Part shown: piece after piece, positions 1-10,900 of the stretch
Position numbering within the stretch: the first letter of the stretch is position 1
Layout: each line of letters opens with the position of its first letter
Source: Ginkgo biloba
Lineage: Eukaryota > Plantae > Ginkgophyta
DNA length: 18,601 bases
Assembly: GCA_024626585.2 (NCBI GenBank)
Contig: JANKJI020000004.1
Coordinates: forward strand, 42,356,725 to 42,375,325
Direction: 5' to 3'
Translations under genes and position numbers: made by a program
Notes under the pieces: model-generated
What the model was told of the DNA's origin: nothing
What the model saw: the letters and a program-made list of their open reading frames with translations, nothing else
Database searches by the model: none

Positions 1-202
1 CTAATTAGATTATAGTTAATATTTTATTACACCCTTGGTGGATAATATTTGATTATCCTAGTTTATAGAGCTAACTCTACTCGATAATTATACCATTAAT
101 GGATAATAGTTTATTAGTTTAAATTATACAGCTAACTGTAGTTTGTGATCACACCATTAGTGGACATTTTTTATTATCTTATATTATAGACTTAACTCTA
201 AG
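1..202. repeat. Degenerate tandem repeat with ~60-bp period, ~3.3 copies, truncated by the window edge
   Basis: A ttata-xxx-taactcta-like block recurs at 63, 123 and 183; a (c/t)accattaxtgga-like block recurs near 30, 91 and 151. Confidence 0.7.
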
Positions 203-220
203 GGAACTATGATTGATAAA

Positions 221-1705
221 GAAAGATCACTAATTCTTTTTTTGAATATATACCTTACTTTATTTTCATACTACAAATCTAAAATTCTATGATTTAGACA
301 ATAAGGATTCAATTCTGCTCTAGCAGCTCCATTAAGACTTATTACCATTTGCATTTTTATATGCAAGTTCAATAATATCAAAATTCCATGGTTTTTCCAT
401 TTTAATGGATTTAGGATAGTCTCATATATGTTTATTGATTCAATATCTCATAATAGAAATTCTTACTAAAGATTGAACTTGTGCCAAAAGTTATGTATTT
501 CTATTAGCATTTAAAAAATAAAAAATTTAAAGAAAATAGATTTTATGTAGGCAAATTAAATCCATTTTTCTTATAGCATATCAAAAAATTTTACATCTTG
601 ACTAGTGTTAATAACCTTTCTTATTTCATTATTTCCTTCCCTAAATTCCATTGGAAACTATCAACCAAGTATTTCTATTACAACACCAATGATTCATATT
701 ATGCTTGACAAGAACCTTTATTGGAGAGGAACTAATAGAGACTTTTAAGAAAGCCTTTTTAAAAAAAATTAAAATGTATTTTATTCAATAGAGAGTTTTA
801 AAAATTATATATTTTCATGAAATCAACTCAATTTTCTAACTTTTATCTTCACTTTTAGAAACATTATTCTTAAAGTAAATAGGTGTTTGAGACTTACTAA
901 TTTTTACTATACACATTTTCTCTCAAATTGATTTGCCTAATAAATGTAAAAATATGATACCATTATTATGCTTTGACATCATAATTTCACCATTAGGGAC
1001 AAGGTTTCACTTCATATTAGTAAGGAGTGATTCAAATCTATTGAATTTTTCATATTATAAGCTCAAGACAATTTGATTCGAGTCATAAACCATCAACAAA
1101 CAAGTTGATAGTAATGCCTTTTAGTTGGATTTGCGTGTACATCTTTGCATTCATGATACAGTTAATATAGTTAAGATTACGAACCTAACTCTAAGAATAT
1201 TCAGAGGTTGGGACATTATTTAAACACTATTCTTTATGGAGTAAGATCATTTATTCTTTTCTTGCATATCTAGCTTGTTTTATTTTCATAATACAAGTCT
1301 AAAATTCTCTCATTTACACCATAAAGATTTGATTCTCCTCTAGCAACTTCATTAAGACTTGTCACCATTTGTGTTTTTATATGCAAGCTCAAAAATATCA
1401 GAGTTTCATGTTTCTACCATTTTAGTGGATTTAAGACAATCTCGTATAATTTGATTGTGGATGCAATATCTCACAATAGAAATGCCCACTAAGGATCAAA
1501 CATGTGCTAAAAGTTATGTATTTCTATTAATGTTTCAAAAATATAAATTATGAGGAAAATAGATTCTATATGAGTAAATTACACCCATTTTATTTATAAC
1601 ATATCAATAAATTTGTATGTGTGACTAGGCTAATAAGCTTCCTTGTTTTCTTCTTTTCTTCCCTTTAGCACAATTGAAATCAATTAGCAAATATCAACAA
1701 AGTAT
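221..1705. repeat. Degenerate direct repeat pair of ~450 bp (about 221-672 and 1241-1705), offset ~1020 bp
   Basis: Colinear alignment with 21 mismatches in the first 120 nt by hand count (~82% identity). Shared blocks include cattaagactt, tttttatatgcaag and aaaagttatgtatttctatta. Confidence 0.9.
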
Positions 1706-4700
1706 GTTAACTCAAGTATTGGTAGAGAAAGAGTATGTGTAATTCTTCTAGGATTAGATAAGATGTTGCATGAGAATGAGAATTAGGATTAGTGTATAAT
1801 ATTTTTATTATAACATAAGGGATTCTTTAATGTAGCCCATTGTAGGCAATATTTTTTTTGCTTGGTCAATTATGGCCTTTTCTCTGATCCTTATACCCCA
1901 AAGTTAGCAATTTTAAGCTCTTTAGATGCATTTGGTTCTCAGGATATTTATGATGTACGCAATTTTTACCCATCAATACAAAACAAAGTATTGGATATAT
2001 ACTTCTAATTTATTAGTTACTTTGTAACTTGTTGATTTTGTGATTTGTGGGTGTTTGAAACTATTAGTTATAGTGAAGTACCTTCCAATTACTTGTCTGA
2101 TGTTTTGAGATTCAATCATGAAAACATAGTGTATCTAAGGAAATTATAATCTAAATTTAAGATTTTGTGATCAAAGGTGTCATGATTATAGAAAATGGGT
2201 GTATCGACCTCTTCCTTATGATTTAAAATCTTTTCTTATTATATATTCTTCTATGTAAGTTGATCTCTATGTTATTGATGAGTTATTTTTCTTCTATGCT
2301 TGTGCTTAATTAGTTTTTAGGCATGACTAAGATTATAGATGGAGTTTCTTAGAAGTGGTAGTTTGTCTATTATATATTGTATTGGTATCTCTAGTCTATT
2401 CACCACCTGTTGGGATGGAAAGTAAGGGAAATGGTGGGGGATGTAGTTCATAATAATGCATTCATAGTTGCCAAGTTAGCATGTGTTGAATGACAACGTT
2501 TGGAGTCTTGGAAGTTGAATAAATAGTGGGAGATTAGGCTAGATGGAATGTTGGTCCTANNNNNNNNNNNNNNNNNNNNNNNNNNNNNNNNNNNNNNNNT
2601 TGTTCCTAAATAATTCCATGTGGGAGACACTCTATGTATTAATTTATTTTCCTTCCTAATAAGTATTATTTATTATGTATATCATTAAATTAATTATTTT
2701 GGTTCCCGAATTAAGTAGTTCTTATATGTATTGGTTTTTTATTATAATTTTTAAACCATAAAATTTTGATTGATATTCAATGATGGTTGGTGATCCTTAT
2801 TTGAGAATATAAAAAGTAGGCTACTTGGAAAATATCTACTATAGTGCCATATTACTCCCTTACTTTATTGGACCTCTTTAGGGACACTCTATTCATTAGT
2901 TATTCTACTTTCTTCAGTATTAGTATTTCAATTCTTTCCATGTACTCACTTAATGTCTCCTCCAACTTGGCCTTTCTTGCACCTATTTACCCCTCATCAC
3001 ACCAACATAATCATTTAACTCCTCTTACTAATGGGGGTTGATTTTTGGTGCCATTCTCGTGTTGAAACTAGATCTCCCTCTTTAAATGCACAAAGAATGC
3101 AATTGAAATTATGGTTACTGAGTAACCACTTTTGAGGTGTCATCAACCACCTCTCTGACTTATAACTGGTCCTTAAAATTATCACCTTGTAAAGCCAAGA
3201 GAGAAGTAGGTCATTTGTTAAAAATCTTCATGCAATTGGCAAGTTGATAAGTTGAAGGTGTGATGTGTCACAACAACTCATCAAGTCACGATACCACATT
3301 TATGAAGAGGATATTATACCAATACCAAATCACCAGGCTCGTCATGGGTATCATGATAGTGGTTTTGTTGTTGTGCTAAGGAGGGATTTTGAAGCAAGAT
3401 AAGCAACGTATAGTGGAATGGTTTTCACTTGTATTTGATTCTGACAACATTCAATAAAGCCTTGTTTAAACTCAATCAATATTTCTTCTCGCTGAAATTT
3501 CACTGTGACCTTTTCAAATTTTTTAAAGTTGTCCTTGCTATTCAAAGTGCCCCGAAGTGAGTTCAACTTGCANNNNNNNNNNNNNNNNNNNNNNNNNNNN
3601 NNNNNNNNNNNNNNNNNNNNNNNNNNNNNNNNNNNNNNNNNNNNNNNNNNNNNNNNNNNNNNNNNNNNNNNNNNNNNNNNNNNNNNNNNNNNNNNNNNNN
3701 NNNNNNNNNNNNNNNNNNNNNNNNNNNNNNNNNNNNNNNNNNNNNNNNNNNNNNNNNNNNNNNNNNNNNNNNNNNNNNNNNNNNNNNNNNNNNNNNNNNN
3801 NNNNNNNNNNNNNNNNNNNNNNNNNNNNNNNNNNNNNNNNNNNNNNNNNNNNNNNNNNNNNNNNNNNNNNNNNNNNNNNNNNNNNNNNNNNNNNNNNNNN
3901 NNNNNNNNNNNNNNNNNNNNNNNNNNNNNNNNNNNNNNNNNNNNNNNNNNNNNNNNNNNNNNNNNNNNNNTGCAAGCAACTACTTGGCTTTCTCCCTTCA
4001 TGCTCTTTTGGTTGTGGTTTTGTTTTAACTCCTGCCATTGGCCTTCCATCTCATGCTACATTGCAGCCCTCTACTCAGGCCTAGTATGACCATTTGTTAG
4101 AGGGGGGTATTGGGCTTTAAAGCATTTACCCTTATAATATAATTCAAAAAAATGGTGATATTTTACACATTGAAATCCCTGAAATTGCATGTCTAGATAG
4201 TCATTTGTAGGTAACATCCCACGAGCTACTTCAAGGACTATGTTTTGCTTCTCAAGCAAGTTTGTCTTCTCTTCTTCAAAGCTTAGATAACTTTGTGTTT
4301 ATCTTCAAAGAATTTACATTTCATTTTGATATATATGTTTATTTTGCTAAAAAAAGCATCATCCACAGACAATCAATTCAAAAAAAATCTAGTGAAATCA
4401 TTTGCCACAACTAAGGACTAGTTATCTGCTACTTAATATCTTGCTCCTGATTGCATCACAACCTTTTGGAGTGCCTCTATCTTTGAGATTGCAGATTCTG
4501 ATAAGACATTTGTTACAAATTTTATGTTGTGAAGATGAAAGCGACCAATGTATATTGATAACTCCAAATGTAAACAAAACCATTATTATTAAACACCATT
4601 ATACAATGGCATTTTAGTAACACAATGAATACAATTTGAATGGATTATATGCATTATTCCATTTAGTGTTGAAACTTGGGAGTTATGTATATGCTTTTTA

Positions 4701-7587
4701 TTATTTTTATTGTTAAATATTTCCAATCTCAAATCTGTCATCTTACATCTCTCTAATTGTTTATACTTGTAATTTTGATGTGCAATCTTTAAATTCGCTG
4801 TCATATTTTGATGCATGTATATCGAGAGACATGTTTATGCAATGTAAACTACTAGCCTTCATGCCTCTTTCAACATGGGCAGTAGGTAGTTGTTTGATCT
4901 GCAATTGTATCTTTAAGCTTTGGAGAATACAACATGGAATAAACATTCAAATTTCAACATTTTAAAGTTGGTTAGACACTGCAAATATTGTATATATTAT
5001 AATTTGTGGAATTACGATACCCTTTTTTAATTGAAGTTGGATTTATTAACCTCTTCAGCTTAAGAAGCCTTCGATAAGAGAAATCTATTCCAAAATCATT
5101 TACAAATTGTACCAAAGTCCTGCCCAACCCATTTTGGAATAATGGGAATTATTTTTTTTCCCAGCATGGAAATGACAGCAGCCAGCATGCTTTATGCTAT
5201 CGGTCTCCATCATGGGGAGAAAGAATGGGATTTGAAACCTATAACCGACCATAAGAATACCTTGTTTGATCGCAGCCCCATGTCCAAACTATCCAACCCT
5301 TAACCCATTCTTTTGTAATTGGAGATTAAAATCGGAAATATTTCACTAGCGTCTGATATTCGTTCACTGATTCAAAGGCTTGAAGCACCCACAAAAAATT
5401 GTGCCCAACAAAAACGTGTGTATTACTTTTATTTTATATGATTTCCTCCTTGATTGGAAGGTTTGTGTAAATTTTATCCACTGTTATCATTCGGACAAAG
5501 CTTTTTAAGAAGAAAAGGATTGTGATAAGCGGCATAATCTGCTCTGTATTGTGTATTAANNNNNNNNNNNNNNNNNNNNNNNNNNNNNNNNNNNNNNNNN
5601 NNNNNNNNNNNNNNNNNNNNNNNNNNNNNNNNNNNNNNNNNNNNNNNNNNNCAGTTTCATTCTTGGGTAGCAATGCCCTGTATTTTCACTGCACATTCAG
5701 CTTTGTACTTTGGCTCTTTGGCTTATTAATATTACAAGCATTTCATGCCATCTATCTTTTTCTTCGCATCTTTAATTTATAGAAAAAGAACAAAGAATAC
5801 AATAGCTTGGAGATTACCTGCAATAGCATGCCAATGCAGAATTTCTGGAACTTAAAAGGACAATTCATTCCTTTTAAATTTTTGTACAGTCTGAGTTTTT
5901 CCTCCAAACTCTTCATATATGAAATTTTCTTTTTTTTGTTAATTCATTCTTCTTCTGTTCTTGTGTAAGTTGAGATGATTGACAGCTTATATAGGAAATG
6001 TACAATACATCCGATTGGTTCTCACATGGAAGCCTTCTAGAAGCCTCTGCTACTTTATTATATTAAAGAGATTAATAAACATGTTTTCCGAGTTCAGTTT
6101 TGGGCTTCGTTAGATTGACATCGAGAAGAAAATTTTAAATGTCAAACAACAGCCAATGTTCAAATGAGGACTACCATCCACTATTTGTTTGCCGGACAAC
6201 ATTGGAGGCCAAATTTCAACCCTGATTTCAATGGATTGTTCAAAAACACAACCGAGTATTTAGCATCAAATACGAGACCCCATAATAATGCATACAAACC
6301 AATTTATGGAAGTGTACAATGAAGGAATTATTATTCAGCATCTACATAGCAAAGAGGTCTAAGGGATGTATTTTTAATCGATCCAATTTCTACTTTTCAG
6401 TAGTGTTTTCTAAAATTGGTGCAATCAAAGGATATATTATTTCAAAGGTCTTGCCTTGCACCCTTCTGCATTTAGTATGAGAGGATAATTGAGCACATTA
6501 ATACTAATTAGTACCATCAAATGGAAGAGAACCTAGAGTACCATTAGTACAAAAGAAGGAATAAGAGAATCAATACTGATCAGTGCTAGTAGAAACAACA
6601 CCAATTCATTCACTATGCTACAGAAGACTTCAGTGAGCACAAAAATCTATACATTATATCACTATCCAATCAACGAACAAAAGTCTTGTTTACTGACCAG
6701 CCGACAGAAATAATATGCTCAGGAAGCCTCGTTGGCTTTATAAAGTAAACAAAAGATGTTCTGTATTAATTTACTTGCTAATGCAAGTACACGGTTAATT
6801 TAATCTCTTCTCAGTTACCTTGTGCTTCACCGTGCACATCATATCTTGGGCTATAATACAATGGAAAACATTGTTTTACTTCATTACAAAATTATTGATA
6901 ATAAAATAGATCCTTACAGAATTTTCTACAGAACTCTTTAGAATAATAGAGAGAATGGGGGTTACAGACACTACAATAAAACAAACGAACTCAACCAATT
7001 AACAGTGAACCTCAGNNNNNNNNNNNNNNNNNNNNNNNNNNNNNNNNNNNNNNNNNNNNNNNNNNNNNNNNNNNNNNNNNNNNNNNNNNNNNNNNNNNNN
7101 NNNNNNNNNNNNNNNTACATTGTATAATCCAAACAAAAGAACTCTTTGTAGTGTAATTGTCCACACAGAACTAAGGATATAGTGGAGGTGAGGAGTACTT
7201 TTAGAGCATGTAATTCAATCCACTGTTGATTTTAAAGATGGTTGATGGGTTTACACTATTACACTACTTATAGTAAACCAAATTCAATCCATACCATAAA
7301 TTCTCATGACCTTGCTAGTCCTTCTTAATCTCATGATGAATCTGTGAAATGTTGTGTTAGATCTTTGTTGCAAATGTATAGAATTTGGAGTTGGTTATTC
7401 ATATGCTCACTTAACTGCATCCACGATAAGGGTTTAGCAAAAGACAACAATACCTAATCAAGTGGCATAATAGGGCAAGAAGGATGATGTTGTAATGTAA
7501 TGAAAGTGGGACCATGTGGGCATCTCTTAGATTTACTCTTTCTTAAAGTGTTGGAGTTCAAGATTTAATGCTGCAAAACATGAGGTG

Positions 7588-7992
7588 CTACCTATCATAA
7601 CTCAAAGTTCCATCTTCTCTTTTCGATGATTCGAATCCTGAAAGAAATGACAGTTCAGTTTGGCTTCTTCCAGATGGGCCTGGAGAGCCAACCCAGAAAC
7701 CATTTGGAGAAAAGGTCCTTCCTTTTCTTGTTAAGGATACATGAGTTCGTGGAAGTGGTGCATGAACGGTTATTGGCAGAATCCATTCCCCCTTATCTCT
7801 TTCTTCTATTAAAAGGGGATGTTCATACTTTGTCCAGTCCACATGTTTGGGTGTTGTTACAAATTCGAAACGAAGAACCCACTGTAAAGAAACATGAGGT
7901 GTAGAGAAAGACATTGGCCCATCCATAGGAATAGAAAACATAAATTGTGTCTGCACCATGTCTGAAACAACTTCATGGTAGTCACTTTGGAT
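7588..7992 (-). CDS. RGP1: RGP1 last coding exon (IQSDYHEVV...LSYDR*)
   Basis: Acceptor ttgtcag|ATC at 7993/7992, phase 0. Open to TAG at 7590-7588. Contains the conserved FSIPxDGPMSF and LQWVLRFEF motifs. Confidence 0.92.
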   Translation of the reverse strand: MQSDYHEVVSDMVQTQFMFSIPMDGPMSFSTPHVSLQWVLRFEFVTTPKHVDWTKYEHPLLIEERDKGEWILPITVHAPLPRTHVSLTRKGRTFSPNGFWVGSPGPSGRSQTELSFLSGFESSKREDGTLSYDR

Positions 7993-10900
7993 CTGACAAT
8001 AGCAACACACCAACCAGTCAATACAGATTGGAACCATGTAGCACCTTCATGAGATTTTAGATGAATATGATGAATATAGATGTTACCAAAGAGCCTTTTA
8101 CCACCCCCTCTCTCTGTCTGCTTTGTAAAAGTTTGTACAAAAGCAACTCAAAGGAGCTTAAATAGCAACTTTAAAATTAGCACACAAAAGATGTACATTT
8201 AATGGAAGATCCAAGGATAAGACTTATCTGCAATTTTTAACAAGAAAGATATGGCATGCAAAATAGGAAAAAAGGTTTATGTGAAGAAATTAGCAAATCA
8301 CATCTGTAATAAGTAGATCAATTCCTCTTAGCATAAGAAAGGAATCTAATGAAGTTTCAAATCTGATTGTAATTTTACTTTGGGGCAGCTGTATGTTGTA
8401 TTAAAAGGAAACAAATCCCTCGTAAACTGCTAACACATATTTAAAGGCATAATAGAATAATAACTGGATGAATCAGATGCCAACAGCCACACAATCATCT
8501 TTATTGAACTTTTTCGGTAATGCTCACCCCAAATATTGAGGAAAGTTATTTATCATTAAAGATACCATATACTGAAGAATACAATTCTTGTAATTATCAC
8601 CAAAGATAATAACCTGCAAATGATTAATGTAAATTCTCTCGTGTTCTAGTAAGGAATATTTGACATCACAGCTAGTTGTGCATTAGAACAACTCTGTAAG
8701 ATATATATATATATATCCCCTTAATGTGTTTCTTTGACATGCAAAATAGATCAACACTAACAACAGTGAATGCATATTGAGAGTCATAGATGATATCAAA
8801 CAACTTACCTTTGTAATTACGGGAGAATGTTTCCTTGAAGGATGGATAAATAATGGACTAACAGCCTCCTGAGTCTCCAGTGTTACAGATACCTGCATAA
8901 CCTCAAATAAGTCAAAATTAAAGGCAGATAAACAGTTAACAATTTTAATATCTGCAGTACAAGAAATGTGTTTACATTGCTAGACTTGAGTAAAATAGCC
9001 CTCACTACCTCAAGGCATCTTCTTGGCCCTTCCTCATGGAAAAATGTGAGTACTCCCCCAATCTGTTGCTAAGCAAATCAGTATTCCATTCATTGTGCAA
9101 AAAAATGGGAATGAAACCTAAACTACACCAGCAAAGCAAAACCTTTTGGCTAGTTTGGTAGGGTCATACCATATCACCAAAGTAGTAAGTTGCATCACAG
9201 TTCTTAGGAGAGAATCGTACTAACACTTGTTCGTCTATTCTGATATTGTAAGACCTTCCTCGGATAAAGCCTTCTGTCTCAGATGAAATTTAAGCCGATC
9301 AGATACTCTCTTAGATGCAAGTAGAGTTTATTTTAGTCTTGCAAAGAAAGTGGGCATATGAAGAAGAAACTAATGACCCTCATACCAGGGGGTAAAGCTC
9401 CAATCACAGGTTCAATATTGCTTGGCTCCATCTGCTGCTCCAGTCCATTAGTACTTGATGACACATCACTGTTCCCTGGATGCTGATGCACAGAATTCTG
9501 AACATGAGAGCCAGAAGCCACATTCCAGAGGCTCCTCTTCTTTTCGAAGGAAGATCTATCAGCATGATTTCCATATTGCGATGATGCACCTGGTCATTAG
9601 TTATATATTTTCATTAATTCTGCTCATTTCAATCTGAAAACCGACCATAAGTAAAGGATCCAAAACATCTATCATGAATTAGCAAGTAATTGTTTCAGAA
9701 AAAAAAACATCATATCTATATAGCAATACATTTGCTGTAAGGGAAAGCACCCACTCTCACTCTCTTTGTTGAATAGTATTGAATATTCATGTTTACTGCA
9801 AAATGGACTCACAGTAACGAGGTTATCAAGGCACGACCGACAGTTCCAGAGAGACAGGAACAGCGGTCTTGTTGCTCTCACCAACAAAACTGCATTCCAG
9901 TGTCTAGAAAGTAGATCGTTAGCCACCGAGATGGCACTGAGAAATCATACATAAACATTCATTGTAACCAAAACTTAAGTAATGCACAAAGAATACACAC
10001 TTAGAGAATAGTCAATTTCATTGATAATAGGTAGAGTACATGAACGATATATGATTACATGAAACACCCATGATCTAATGCCCTGGGCGCTGCTAGGGCT
10101 TACTTTTATAGGCATTTGAGTGCACTTTTTCATAAGGTTGCCAACTATTCCTAACTATATTGCCATTTATGCTAATTAACAGTTTTTCATGACTCTGTTA
10201 CTAATGCTATATGTTAATAAAATGATTATTAGTGTGATCTGTTAACTATGCGTTACAACAAACAACTTTGTTTGTTTGATTGAGATGATTGGTCTCATGA
10301 TCATTTGCGATCAGCTACTGATATCAATTGTAATAGGACATTATCTGTTGTTGTTGCGAATTGTTACGACCAAACATCGATGTTGTATCATGATCAGATA
10401 TTGGTTATTGCACTGCGACCAAATTTTGTCGTGAGGCTATCGACTTTTGCAAGTTGCAATTGGATATTGTTGGGTTGTGATAGGACTCTAGCATATAGTC
10501 AGATATTATTATCCGCTGGAACCTGAACTCCTTTATCCTTCATAAATCTTTTAGCTGCAGCAGGTTCTCTTGGTGGACTAACCGTAGATGTAGCTGGTGC
10601 CTTTTCTACGACTAGTGCCTTCCCTTTCTTTTTTCTTCTCTTTTCGTCTACAAACTCCTGCAGACCTGGCTCATGGCCAATGACCGGTTCTTCTTCCTCC
10701 ATATCTACTTACACAAAAATTTCTTCTCTTTTCACTACCACCTTTTCTTCATACTTAGGGTGCAACCACTGCAATGCTTTCTGAACTTCTGCCATCAACA
10801 AGACTACATCATCTTCCTGCATTATCCCTTTCATATAGCATGCAGACCAACCAATGATGCGTGGGAATTCAGAAGCATCAGCGATGAGCAAATCAACCAT

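Noticed and set aside
1-202. CRISPR-like periodicity
   Set aside because: Whole units are degenerate copies with no unique spacers, the context is eukaryotic, and no cas genes are present.
2400-3100. Possible LTR/PPT-like remnants (G-runs near 3032 and 4101)
   Set aside because: No paired LTR, TSD, PBS or pol motifs support them.
5167-5305. 45-codon plus-strand ORF and a tRNA B-box-like gggatttgaaacct string
   Set aside because: No recognisable product, and no cloverleaf or A-box can be built.
7626-7904. Plus-strand 92-aa ORF (likewise 10673-11038 and 9455-9637)
   Set aside because: Antisense shadows of real or decayed minus-strand coding sequence.
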